A stretch of 64,000 nucleotides of DNA from Macrostomum hystrix (GCA_950097015.1 CATNEN010000014.1:1736001-1800000), one strand, 5' to 3'. Positions 29,821 through 42,414 are shown, counted from the stretch's first letter. The notes: generated by a model from the letters alone, not told the origin. Numbers and translations: made by a program.

Positions 29821-30389
29821 AAACGCCTTATATTTGTCATAAATTTCTTAAGTCAGTACCCCTCGCTGATCAGGAGCATCACCCAATACACAATACACAA
29901 GTTTTTAAACCCAATAAAAAAATAACTGCAAGGCAGCGCAGAGATCATTTTTGGCAAAAGAGGAAAATTATATTTTTCAAAGCTTTATTTCATGACTTCA
30001 CAGCAACATTTTCCAATCGAACAAAGAAAAAAAATGGGACAGCATCTCTATAACAAAAGCATCTCCGACTCATTAATGCTATACATTTTTGTAAAGCTAA
30101 ATTAAAAAAAGCATAATTAAAAAATATATTTTTAATTCTCTCTTTTTTCAATTGCAAGGGCAATTCACACCTACCATTGAATAATGGTGCTGCGCAAAGT
30201 AAAAAAACCTATTCATTTCTGTTTCTTGGTACTCACTGTGCTCACCTACTCACTGAGCTCATCTACTCACTGTACTCAATAACTCACGAAGCTCACCCTC
30301 TCATTGTGCTCACCCACTCACTGTGCTCACCCAATCACTGTGCTCACCCACTCTCTCTGCTCCCCAGTTCGCAGTCTCAGAGCTGAGCT

Positions 30390-33300
30390 CTACATGAAGA
30401 GTGGCAGATCTTCATTCTTAGCCGGTCGTCTGGATCTGAAGATCAAAAGAAAGGTGCGACTGCTCAGAGATTCGCTACCACAAAGCAGAACAAGCTGGCT
30501 GCCTAGTCTAATAGAACTCCCGATATCCGCACTGCGCTACTGAAAGTAGAAATGCGAACATTTTCTGATGAATTAAAAAACAACTCACCGATGCACGGAG
30601 CAGGCTATCAGGTAGAGCAGTATGAGCAGGCCAATCAGACCGCACAGGGTTCCGGTGGCGATGACCCAGCTGTCCGAGCGTGAGTCCGGAGACAGGCTGG
30701 AGGCCGGGGCCACGTTCTGGGACACGGTCACCGACACCGTCAGGGTGCCGTTCGAGGCTGTGCTGATGGCCGACACGACCAGGCTGTTTCGGATGTTAAT
30801 TTGGTGCTTTAGCTGACTTGGTTTAGGTGTACAGCTAGTGGCACAGCCCCAGCTGTTGCTCGGTGATTCCAAACACAGTGTACCGTTTTTCAGTCCGTGG
30901 ACTGGCTAGCCCGCCACACGAAACTTCATTTCCACCCCAGCTACTGCTGTTACCAATTTTACAGCTGGGTGACCCAAAGCAAGAGGGTTAAATTGTCACC
31001 TTAGAGATCAAGGTGACAAATTATCTCCCATTTGCTGAGATGCGAACTCACGACATTTTAGTGCCCTACCTTAAATATTGATCGACCCAAAATGAATATT
31101 TGCGCTTGGCAGTTAGCTTGCCTAAGCCTTTTCGTTCGCCAATAAACTGAGGACTCTGCTTATGTCTGTTACACAGTAACATTAGCTTTGGCCATAGACT
31201 TGCTTTGCGTTGGCTACATGTCACGAAAAACCACCCTTTTGGCCATAGACTATTTGTCTGCGAGTTTTTTATCCAAGCTACCCCGATATGTGAAGTTTGA
31301 ATGTGCCTAAATCTTCCAAGCTTGTTGTCTATGGAAAAAACTCAGACAAAGGATTCCCCAATGACAAACCTGGTAAAGTCCACGGAGCTGATCAGCAGCT
31401 GGACAGTCTGCACAGTCAGGCTGAAGACTCCGTTGGGAGCGGAGCGCCTTCGTCGGCGTCGTGGATTTGCTGTGGTTGGGGCCGTTAATGAAGGCGACGT
31501 CGTTGCGGCCGCAGTTGACCTTGATGTAGGCATTGCCGTAGGGGTAGAAGTGGCAGCAGTTGGCCCAGCGGCAGCAGTTGACGCAGCACCAGCAGTTGAC
31601 GCAGCAGCAGCAGTTGAACCAGCGGCAGCCATTGACCCACCGGCAGCCGTTGACGCAGCAGCAGCAGTTGACGCAGCAGCAGCAGTTGAACCAGCGGCAG
31701 CCATTGACCCGCCGGCAGCAGTTGACGCAGCAGCAGCAGTTGACGCAGCAGCAGCAGTTGAACCAGCGGCAGCCATTGACCCACCGGCAGCCGTTGACGC
31801 AGCAGCAGCAGTTGAACCAGCGGCAGCCATTGACCCACCGGCAGCCGTTGACGCAGCAGCAGCAGTTAACCCAGTGGCTGAAGTTGACCCAGCAGCAGCA
31901 GTTGACCCAGCGGAACTGTAGACTAGCAGCTGACACAGCGCCGATTCACCCCTCGGGTTCAGCTTAATGAGGAATTGAGTGTGCGATGAGCTTCCAGAGG
32001 CGCCGAAGTAGGTGACATCCGCGGCGCTGCTCATTGCGGCACAGTTGGCTGGGCTGCGGGCAACTCCTACTGGCCTGAGGAGGGGGAGAAATAAGAACCT
32101 GTTAGACACCAGAACCTGTTAGACACCAGAACCTGTTAGACACCAGAACCTGTTAGACACTAGAACCTGTTAGACACTAGAACCTGTTAGACACTAGAAC
32201 CTGTTCGACACTAGAACCTGTTAGACACTAGAACCTGTTAGACACTAGAACCTGTTCAACACTAGAACCTGTTAGACACTAGAACCTGTTAGACACTAGA
32301 ACCTTTTAGACACTAGAACCTGTTAGACACTAGAACCTGTTAGACACTAGAACCTGTTAGACACTAGAACCTGTTCAACACTAGAACCTGTTAGACACTA
32401 GAACCTGTTAGACACTAGAACCTGTTCGACACTAGAACCTGTTAGACACTAGAACCTGTTAGACACTAGAACCTGTTCGACACTAGAAGCTGTTCGACAC
32501 TAGAAACTGTTAGACACTAGAACCTGTTAGACACTAGAACCTGTTAGACACTAGAACCTGTTCCACACTAGAACCTGTTAGACACTAGAACCTGTTAGAC
32601 ACTAGAACCTGTTCGACACTAGAACCTGTTAGACACTAGAACCTGTTAGACACTAGAACCTGTTCGACACTAGAAGCTGTTCGACACTAGAACCTGTTAG
32701 ACACTAGAACCTGTTCGACACTAGAACCTGTTAGACACTAGAACCTGTTAGACACTAGAACCTGTTCGACACTAGAACCTGTTAGACACTAGAACCTGTT
32801 AGACACTAGAACCTGTTAGACACTAGAACCTGTTCCACACTAGAACCTGTTAGACACTAGAACCTGTTAGACACTAGAACCTGTTCGACACTAGAACCTG
32901 TTAGACACTAGAACCTGTTAGACACTAGAACCTGTTCGACACTAGAAGCTGTTCGACACTAGAAACTGTTCGACACTAGAACCTGTTCGACACTAGAACC
33001 TGTTAGACACTAGAACCTGTTCGACACTAGAACCTGTTAGACACTAGAACCTGTTAGACACCAGAACCTGTTAGACACTAGAACCTTTTAGACACCAGAA
33101 CCTGTTAGAAACCAGAACCTGTTAGACACTAGAACCTGTTAGACACTAGAACCTGTTAGACACTAGAACCTGTTAGACACTAGAACCTGTTCGACACTAG
33201 AACCTGTTAGACACTAGAACCTTCTCGATACCAGATTGTATTATTTAGCCGACCTACCAGCCAGTGGATCCGGGGCAGCACCTCAGGAAGTTGTCACCCT

Positions 33301-34798
33301 GGCAGCACCAGGTGTTGTAGGCTGTGTAAATTTTCTCCCTGATCTGACCAGAGTAGGCGTAGCACTGCAATGCCAGTTTTGTATTTTTATGAAATGCAAA
33401 TTTACTTACAGTTTTATATTCAGTTGGTCCTTTTGCTAATGCGAAAAAAATAAAAGAATAACGTGTGCCAGCCAGTATTCTGGTGATACGTTTAACAATC
33501 GGTTCTTTAAAAAAACGTTACTTTTTAACCATAATAAATCGCTACTTTCAACAATCGTTAGTTCAAACGATCAGTAATTTCGACAAAATGTACGAGCGTA
33601 CTTTGAACAATCAGTCATTTCAATCATAGCAACATAAAAAATCGCTACTTTAAACTATCGTTACTTTAAACCATAGCATCTTTAAGAAGTCGTTACTTTT
33701 AATCAATTTCAAGAATCGTTACTAAACCATCGATCGGCCGCATTCTCTTCCCAGCTCCTACCTGCTTCGGGTTGATGTTGGCAGCGGAAATCCGGATCAA
33801 ATCGTTAGTCTGGTCGGCGGCAATCGAGGCGCAGAGCTCCGCCGAGTAGCAGGTGCCGTAGCCGATGCGAGTCCCGTTTGAGCAGCTGACTGACAGCTCG
33901 CCGTAGCCCAGGCAGGAGGTGCCGGTCGAGTTGCAGATGGGCTGCGAGGGGCACCCGGCGGTGTCCGACTGGCAAACAGCTGGACGACGGTAGGAGGGGA
34001 GCTACGAGTTCGTGTCTGGGATTGTTAGACATGGGACTTGTTAGACATGGGACTTGTTAGACATGGGACTTGTTAGACATGGGACTTGTTAGACATGGGA
34101 CTTGTTAGACATGGGACTTGTTAGACATGGGACTTGTCAGACATGAGACTTGTTAGAAATGGGACTTGTTAGACATGGCACTTGTTGGACTTGTTAGACA
34201 TGGGACTTGTTAGACATGGGACTTGTTAGACATGGGACTTGTTAGACATGGGACTTGTTAGACATGGGACTTGTTAGACAAGGCACCTGTTAGACACTGA
34301 AGCACCTGTTAGACACTGAGGCACCTGTTAGACACTGAGGCACCTGTTAGACACTGAAGCACCTGTTAGACACTGAGGCACCTGTTAGACATTGAAGCAC
34401 CTGTTAGACACTGAAGCACCTGTTAGACACTGAGGCTCCTGTTAGACACTGAGGCACCTGTTAGACACTGAAGCACCTGTTAGACACTGAAGCACCTGTT
34501 AGACACTGAGGCCCCTGTTAGACACTGAAGCACCTGTTAGACACTGAAGCACCTGTTAGACACTGAGGCCCCTGTTAGACACTGAAGCACCTGTTAGACA
34601 CTGAAGCACCTGTTAGACACTGAGGCACCTGTTAGACACTGAGGCACCTGTTAGACACTGAGGCACCTGTTAGACACTGAAGCACCTGTTAGACACTGAG
34701 GCACCTGTTAGACACTGAAGCACGTGTTAGGCAGGATTTAGCTTACCAAAGTCGAGTTTGACTGCCAAAGTGGCCAGTAGCAGTGGCAGCAAAGTCAT
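30390..34798 (-). CDS. Orphan type I membrane mucin-like protein, about 450 aa: signal peptide, Cys-rich domain, S/T/A stalk, RRRRRS site, TM, short tail. Exons 34798-34747, 33979-33762, 33364-33258, 32074-31370, ~30816-30589, 30435-30390
   Basis: Signal peptide MTLLPLLLATLAVKLDFA. Cys-rich exons VCQSDTAGCPSQPIC and CYAYSGQ...WCCQGDNFLRCCPG. STAAAGS repeats, TM WVIATGTLCGLIGLLILLYLIACSV, tail RSRRPAKNEDLPLFM*. All junctions are phase-compatible; the exon 5 acceptor is weak (AAG) and uncertain. Confidence 0.7.
30820..31060 (-). mobile_element. SINE family A copy, abutting the mucin exon 5 acceptor
   Basis: Reverse complement contains TTTAACCCTCTTGCTTTGGGTCACCCAGCTGTAAAA, AGCTGGGG and CCAGTCCACGGACTG. 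Confidence 0.6.
32094..33220. repeat. 17-bp minisatellite in mucin intron 3
   Basis: Unit AGAACCTGTTAGACACT. Confidence 0.95.
34022..34722. repeat. Adjacent 16-bp and 19-bp minisatellites in mucin intron 1
   Basis: TGGGACTTGTTAGACA (34022-34280), then GCACCTGTTAGACACTGA(A/G) (34283-34722). Confidence 0.95.
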
Positions 34799-35274
34799 GC
34801 TGGTTCGTTTAAAAGATTCGAAATTTCTTTCAACACTGGCAAGTTCATGAGCGATAACGACAGCTCGCTAGAAATCCCACCTTACCGGAGCTCTGCCTCA
34901 GTTTCTGCTCTATCCTGTTACCCCAGTCTCAATTGTTTATTGGTCGCAACTGGTTGCCTTGGTAACGCATTGGCGGGCTGGCCGCCTGGAAGCGCAGAAG
35001 ACGTGGGAGTAAACGCTGGGAGAAGGGAAAATGATTTCCATGCACACCGCACGGGCCACTGCCATTGTTTAATTTTTGCTGCATTTCAAATCACCCCAGT
35101 CTAGCCAAACCGGCTATTGTAGGCCGGGTATGGGACACTTCACCGCGACTGAGGGGACAGGGGGCTGCGGGCTCCGCACTGTGGCATCTGGCGATGGGGC
35201 GCACTTCCTCCCTGCATGCCTGCATGCCTCTCAGCTCTCATCTCATGCTTTGGGATTATACAAAACATCCTCTC

Positions 35275-35752
35275 ACATCTCCTCCTCCCTTCCTTCTCCC
35301 ATCTCTTTCTCTCTTATCTCCTCCTCTCCCATATCTTTCTCTCCCATCTCCTCCTCTCCCATCTCCTCCTCTCCCATCTCCTCCTCTCCGATCTCCTCCT
35401 CTCCCATATCTTTCTCTCCCATCTCCTCCTCTCCCATCTCCTCTCCCATCTCCTCCTCTCCCATCTCCTCCTCTCCGATCTCCCCCTCTCCTATCTCCTC
35501 CTCTCCCATCTCCTCCTCTCCCATCTCCTCCTCTCCCATCTCCTCCTCTCCCATATCTTTCTCTCCCATATCTTTCTCTCCCATCTCCTCCTCTCCCATC
35601 TCCTCCTCTCCCATCTCCTCCTCTCCCATCTCCTCCTCTCCCATCTCCTCCTCTCCTATCTCCTCCTCTCCCATCTCCTCCTCTCCCATCTCCTCCTCTC
35701 CGATCTCCTCCTCTCCTATCTCCTCCTCTCCCATCTCCTCCTCTCCCATCTC
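35275..35752. repeat. 15-bp pyrimidine-rich repeat
   Basis: Unit TCTCCTCCTCTCCCA. Confidence 0.95.
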
Positions 35753-36649
35753 TGAAGCTGCAGCAGGCCGCAGTAGAGGGAGCTCATTGCCCTGAAAAGT
35801 GCGCTGCTCTTGAGTAAAGTGCACCCCACTCTGGCCCTGGCAGGGCTGAATTTCCCCAAACCTCCCCATCGCATCCCCCAGCCAACAGGTGGCCGATGCC
35901 TCCGATGCCTTCACATGCCCGACCTTGAGCTATTTCTATTTCCGCTTGCAGCTGAGTCTAGCCAAAAATTTTCGTTTTTTTTTTCTTATCAATATTTCCT
36001 GCAAGAATCATCCCAAACTCACCTTTGTTTTAACAGCTAAAATCCAAAAATTCTTTCTCATCGATTTTTCTATTTCATCGTTTGTCCTTCTTAATTTATT
36101 ACTTTGTGGAAAACAATCCTTACTGCTCTACTTGTCAGTAACATAGTTGAACTGAGAAGTGCGCAAATCGTTGAAGAATGTAAAATGAGAATTTTTTGCT
36201 TCCCAGTGAAATTCCATGTTTCTCAGTGAGCTGAGCTCATTGCCAGTCTAGGCTGCAGTTCATTGTGCACGTGCGTACAAAGTGGAAATTCCCCAGAAAT
36301 GCGAAGGAATTCTCTGATCTTTATCGATCCGCTGTGGGGATCTGCAGACAGTGGGGATTCCCTTCTTCCCCGAGTTGATCCTGTTCAAGAAGAAGCAATT
36401 GATTAGCCTAGCCTTTCTCAGATCCGAGTCGCGGCCAAGCCACGTGGATTAAGCTCAGCGAGGTTTGGAATGTTTTAACTTTACACTGGACTCATTCGGG
36501 TCGACTCGGCTCTAGATAGAAAAAAATTGCACCAAACTCATGTCCATGGACACTTTACAACTGTTCAGTCCATGGACAGGGGCTCGCACCCTACTAAATA
36601 TATTTTGCTATTAGCAATGCAGCTCATACAGCTCATACAGCTCATACCG

Positions 36650-36835
36650 CTCCACTCCACTCCTCTCCACTCCACTCCACTCCACTCCACTCCACTCCAC
36701 TCCACTCCACTCCACTCCACTCCACTCCACTCCACTCCACTCCACTCCACTCCACTCCACTCCACTCCACTCCACTCCACTCCACTCCACTCCACTCCAC
36801 TCCACTCCACTCCACTCCACTCCACTCCACTCCAA
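36650..36835. repeat. (CTCCA)n microsatellite
   Basis: Near-pure pentamer run. Confidence 0.97.
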
Positions 36836-37327
36836 TCTACTCCACCAGTCGTACACCCATTCTACCCAAAGTCTACACGACTCAACTCAACTGATTTGCT
36901 GCTCTATTTTTTACGACTTTCTCTGCTAAACAGATTTTTCCTGTTCACAATGTCTGTATTGATTTGGTTCAACACCGCCTCTCCGTTTCGTGAGTGCCGG
37001 TTTTGAAAATGAACACCTGGGCGGAGTGTCAGTTTTGCAGGCTCACTCAGCACTGTACACTGGCAGTGTACAGTCGGTGCACTTCTCTCCCTTTCTCTCC
37101 CCGCATTTCATCCATCCAATGGGCTGGCAGGGGCGATGGCAAGGGGACGGGGTGGCTGGCAGGCAATCGCTGTGTTTTTAACTGTCTCAGCTCCGTCCTA
37201 GCCCCACCAAACTGGTCAAGACCGCCAGCGGCTTATAGAAGGGAAATACACTGGCTATACTGCTCACAGCCTGTGCTCACAGCCTGTGCTCCAGCCCGTG
37301 CTCACAGCCATCTCCTGACTCAGCGGC

Positions 37328-40300
37328 ATGCCAGGTGTAAACAGGCGCCAGGCATCACGGCCTCGCTGTCTTCACGGATTTCCCGGCAAGCTGTTCCGCC
37401 AGAAGAGCCTCAGCGAGGCCCGCTCGCTGGAGACACCGTTGAAGCGCTGCCTTGGCGTCCACCAGCTGATCTTCTACGGCATCGCCCACATGGCCGGGGC
37501 CGGCATCTACGTGCTTGCCGGCACCGTCATCAAGACCAAAGCAGGTGCGCGGGGTCCGTTGTCCGTTGTCTTTCTGGATAGGTAAATAGTCTGGCTGGAT
37601 GGGTAGATAGTCCTGCTGGATGGGTAGATAGTCCTGCTGGATGGGTAGATAGTCCTTCTGGATGGGTAGATAGTCCTGCTGGATGGGTAGATAGTCCTGC
37701 TGGATGGGTAGATAGTCCTGCTGGATGGGTAGATAGTCCTGCTGGATGGGTAGATAGTCCTTCTGGATGGGTAGATAGTCCTGCTGGATGGGTAGATAGT
37801 CTTGCTGGATAGGTAAATAGTCTGGCTGGATGGATCGATAGTATATCCGGTAGATAGGTCGGTGATCCGAGAGTCATGCCTATTAATCGATACAGAGCTG
37901 CAGGCTGCAATGCATCCTGGCCCCGTAATCATTTTGCTTCCGCAACGTTTGTTGCAGCCAGCAATTTGTGAGCCGGATTAAACCGGATCGGGAAATGTTG
38001 TCCCGTTTCTAATTTTGAGTCGAATCGATTCGCACTGAGAACACAGCACTGAGCTCTGAACTGCAACTTCCGCAGCCTCTTTACCTCGCCAAGTCGAACT
38101 CATTATCCAGTTACACGTAAGACATCAGTTATGTAGACTACCTGTGAGATGCCAGTCATCAACAGGCAGTCAGCTTCTTCGATGGCGAGTTCAATTGGGA
38201 AACCTCTATGAACTTTTGTGGACACCATCAGGAAATTTTCATTCAAGCTTCCATAAACTTATGAGGGAATCCTCAATGACATTGGGCGGGAAACTCACAT
38301 GACAAAGGAGGTCAAAGCAAACAACACGACTTTATTGGGGTGGCGTGGCAGAGTATTTAACGGGTTTGGCTGTCACACCAAGGTCCGTGAGCTCGATTCC
38401 GCGTCGAGGCCACGAGAAGGCTTCGGAAGCTCAGGTGAGCAGCTCAGGTAGCGGCTCACTGGTTCGATTCGCCTCCCCGTGTCCAGGCCCCGCAGCGGCC
38501 CTGAGCTTCCTCCTGTGCGCCCTGCTCAGCGTGTTCACCGGCCTATGCTACGTCGAGTTCTCAACGCTGATCCCGCGAGCCGGCAGCTGCTACACCTTCA
38601 CCTACATCACACTGGGCGAGCTGCCAGCTTTCCTTGTCGGCTGGACAATGATCTCCGACCTGGTCATTGGCATGGCCTCGGTGGCGAAGGCCTTCAGCAG
38701 CACGGTGAACGCTATCACGCACCAGGCGATCAGCAACGCCACGCAGGCGCACCTCGGCACCCTGCCGGAGTCCGACTACCTCGATCCGAACGTTGACATC
38801 GTCGCTTTTAGCCTGATCATCGCCTTGATGCTCCTGACACTGACCGGAGCCGCCATCTCAATGAGCGTCAACATGGTGCTGAGCGCAGTCCAGTGCGTCT
38901 GCCTCGCCCTCATGGCGGGCGCATGCTACGTGCTCGGCTCGCCCGAGAACTGGGGGCCTCAGAACGGCGGCTTCTTTCCATTCGGCGTGCCCGGCGTCAT
39001 CAACGGCGCCACCGTGGCCATCTTCGCCTTCTCTGGCTTCGAAGCCATCGCCAACGCGGCTGAGGAATGCAAGGACCCGCGGCGCAGCCTGCCCACGGCT
39101 CTGCTGACCTCCCTGGGCATTATCACGCTGCTGTACTTCGCCTCCAGCCTCGGCTTGTCCTACCTGACCCACTACAGCGAACTCGACGCCGGCTCGCCTT
39201 TCGTTGTGGCCTTTCAGGCTCGCGGCGCCGCCTGGCTGTCCTACGTGGCGGCCGGCGGAACCCTCCTGGCCACCGGCGCCACCAAGCTGGCCACCATCTA
39301 CGTCATGCCGCGTCTCTTCTACGCCCTGGCGGCCGACGGCGTCATCTTCCCGTGCTTTGCCTACGTCCAGCCGCGCCTCGGCGTGCCGCTGGTCGGCCTG
39401 CTGGTCGGCGGCCTGCTTTCCGCCCTGCTGGCCCTGGTGTTCAACATCCACACCTTGGCTAGCTTTGTATCCATGGGGGTCCTGCTGTCCTACCTCATGG
39501 TGGGGGTGGATCTGTTCTACCTGCGCTACCTGCTGCACAGGTGGGAGGCCTGTCCGCTGCGGGCCTGGGCCTCTGGCGGGTCCCGCGTGTCAGGCTGGCT
39601 GGCCAGACGGTCCACCATGAAGCTACTGTTCGTCAGTTTCCTGGCTGCCAGTCTAGCCACGGGCCTGGTGCTTAACTATGTCACACCTGTGCTCACCTGG
39701 TGGTCCTGGCTTGCCACGGTTGCTATGGGAGCCACCAACCTGCTGCTGCTGCTCGCACTGTGCGCCTACCGGCCCACACCTGTGGATGCCGGCGTTTATG
39801 AGGCCCCGCTGATGCCTTTGCCGCCACTGTTGGCCTTCTTAATCAACGCCGTGCTCATCGTGCGGCTGGAATGGCTCACCTGGGTTCGGTTCCTGATCTG
39901 GTCCGTGTTCGGTGAGCATCTTTTTCTATCTGTTTAACTCTACGTATCTCTAGGGCACAGAGAGCGGACTGTCGCCTTGTAGTGAAAGCGTCGTACTCTC
40001 GACTGGAAGGTCGGGGGTTCGATTACCAACCTAACTGGTACAAGTCGTGTCTTTTAGGACAATTAACTCTGGATTGCTTCATTTCACCCAGCAGTAAAGC
40101 GGGTACCATTATTTTAAATTTTTTTTATTATTACTATTATTTTATTTCAATAAGCTAGTAAATAATCCCCTCAGTTGTTGAACTGAAGGACAGCTGCAGT
40201 AGCCATTGTTTAACCATCTCACATTTAAGTATCTATCGCCCTCTCCGCTCAGGCCTGATCATGTACGCTTCCTACGGCTACAAGAACAGCGTCAGCGCCA

Positions 40301-40500
40301 AGGAGGCCCTGCTGAGCATCCCGCTGAACGGCGTGGTTCAGGACGTTGACAATGGCAACGACACCGCCGCTTCGGCCTCCGCCGTGAATGAAGGTGGAGA
40401 CTTCGCGGACGCCGAGTCCACGTGCAGCGAGGACACCGCGCCGCTGGTGACGGAGCGCGACTCTTCGGTGAAGCTGAAGGCCTTCGGCGGCCTGGGCTAG
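37328..40500 (+). CDS. SLC7 cationic amino-acid transporter (CAT / SLC7A1-4-like), about 629 aa. Exons 37328-37544, 38487-39911, 40253-40500
   Basis: Motifs LKRCLG, GAGIYVLAG...AGPA, GLCYVEF...PRAGSCY.F.Y...GELPAFLVGW, GGFFPFGVPGVINGAT..FAFSGFEAIA..AEE.KDP, MPR..YALAADG and TWVRFLIW...YGYKNS. Both phase-1 GT-AG introns are compatible. The specific orthologue is not assignable. Confidence 0.93.
37575..37830. repeat. 21-bp minisatellite in SLC7 intron 1
   Basis: Unit GATGGGTAGATAGTCCTGCTG. Confidence 0.95.
38337..38440 (+). mobile_element. SINE family B head in SLC7 intron 1
   Basis: TGGCAGAGTATTTAACGGGTTTGGCTGTCACACCAAGGTCCGTGAGCTCGATTCCGCGTCGAGGCC aligns with 44845-44910. Confidence 0.55.
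39965..40107 (+). mobile_element. SINE family A copy (head + core) in SLC7 intron 2
   Basis: GAAGGTCGGGGGTTCGATT head and core GTGTCTTTTAGGACAATTAACTCTGGATTGCTTCATTTCACCCAGCAGTAAAGCGGGTACC. Confidence 0.65.
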
Positions 40501-40731
40501 GCTGATCCCGTTATGATCCGCGGATGCTTTTTTAGAATCTCATTTGTTTGGCCTCTTTAACTCTTGCTTTTATTAGTGTTCTCGAGGCCACACTCTCAGA
40601 CACACAAAGCCAGTCTGTGCATTATTGTGTGGCTCACAATATGTGCTTTACTTCGCGGGCATCATTCCATTTCGTGAGCAGTTTATTATAAATACCTCTT
40701 TAACATAGACAATAACTTATCAATATTACGA

Positions 40732-41530
40732 GGAGGGCTGTGGGCATTATTTTGTGACACTAGACCCGCAGCCAGCGAGAGGGCAATTCTGCCTATTTCG
40801 CTGACTCCTCAGCACACAGACGCTCAAACAGGTGTGTACATCCAGGGGGCAGGGGGTAGGCAAGCAAACAGGTGTGTACATCCAGGGGGCAGGGGGTAGG
40901 CAAGCAAACAGGTGTGTACATCCAGGGGGCAGGGGGTAGGCAAGCAAACAGGTGTGTACATCCAGGGGGCAGGGGGTAGGCAAGCAAACAGGTGTGTACA
41001 TCCAGGGGGCAGGGGGTAGGCAAGCAAACAGGTGTGTACATCCAGGGGGCAGGAGGTAGGCAAGCAAACAGGTGTGTACATCCAGGGGGCAGGGGGTAGG
41101 CAAGCAAACAGGTGTGTACATCCAGGGGGCAGGGGGTAGGCAAGCAAACAGGTGTGTACATCCAGGGGGCAGGGGGTAGGCAAGCAAACAGGTGTGTACA
41201 TCCAGGGGGCAGGGGGTAGGCAAGCAAACAGGTTTGTACATCCAGGGGGCAGGGGGTAGGCAAGCAAACAGGTGTGTACATCCAGGGGGCAGGGGGTAGG
41301 CAAGGGGCACCGCAGCGCCCCCCCTAATCGGCTGACCAGTTAAAGTGACACCCTGGAGTAGCTCCCCTTCGTAGTGGCCCCCCCTGGTAGAGGCTCCCCC
41401 TAGTAGAGGCTCCCCCTAGTAGAGGCTCCCCCTAGTAGTAGCTGCCCCCTAAAAGTAGTGGTAGTTAATTAATGTGGCCCGCAGAATCGAGCCCAGGGAC
41501 CTTGGTGCGAGAGACAAGCTCTGCCACTCA
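40732..41530 (-). mobile_element. SINE family B copy with internal 40-bp and 16-bp tandem arrays
   Basis: Head (rc GGCAGAGC...TCTCTCGCACCAAGGTCCCTGGGCTCGATT) at 41475-41530 and tail (GTGACACTAGACCCGCAGCCAGCGAG) at 40753-40780 match the 44838 copy. Confidence 0.6.
40822..41303. repeat. 40-bp minisatellite, about 12 copies
   Basis: Unit CAAGCAAACAGGTGTGTACATCCAGGGGGCAGGGGGTAGG. Confidence 0.95.
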
Positions 41531-42414
41531 ACCTGTGTAGTCAACCGCACAGCGGGCGCAAATGGGGTGATGCGGCCCACGCAATACAACAGAGATGCCC
41601 ATGACTGCACAATTTCTCAACTGTTCGTTTGCCTCTGCAAGCTAGGGTGTGTTGAATCTCAAAGTTTTTGTTAACTGTTATATTCAATATTAATATTGCC
41701 GCACGCTTCCAATTCTGATCTATTCGATATGAGGTGACGAGGAAACATTTTAAACATATTCAAATTGTAAACATTTCAAGCATTTAAATAATTTTAAAAA
41801 GTTTTCCAAATGCTTTCAACAAGGACGACTCGAGTAACGTACGAGTATATACTTCTTACGTAGTCCTCGGCTTTCAATAGGCCAACAAGGTTAAATTCTG
41901 GGCTGCCTACCCAGTAAAAAAGGTTTAGTCGGAATTTGATCGGAATCAGATTGGAATTTTATAGGTAGACGGAAATTGTTGGAAAAATGTTTAAACAATA
42001 TATTTCTTTTTTATGCAATATGTTACTATAGTAGAAATCATCGGTAATAGTTTATTAATTTTTGAATATTTTTTAATACTTTTAGTCGGAAATGGTGCGT
42101 CACAGTGGTGTAGCTGCTAACGCATGTGCTACCCAATCGTGTGATGTCAACAGTCTCTTCCTATAAATATTAAACCATTGCAAATAGATGAAGACTGCAA
42201 ATAAAGATGGTTAATAGGATTATGAAATGAAAAGTACAGGTGATGATGCTTGTATCCGCTTTGGTTTCCGACTTATAACTGCTGGTCCCTTTTTATTACT
42301 TCGTCTCTGATATTTTACTCGGCGTCAGCACTGAAGTGCGCGAGCTGCGGACGGAAGTTCTCCCTCGGTGTTGCTTTCCAGGCTTTGATTCCGTCTAGCT
42401 CGCCGGTTAGTCGG

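Noticed and set aside
30500-30541. Extra mucin tail exon after tttcag at 30540
   Set aside because: It has no phase-compatible donor and hits a stop after about 11 codons. Direct splicing of exon 5 to 30435 gives a clean tail conserved in both duplicates.
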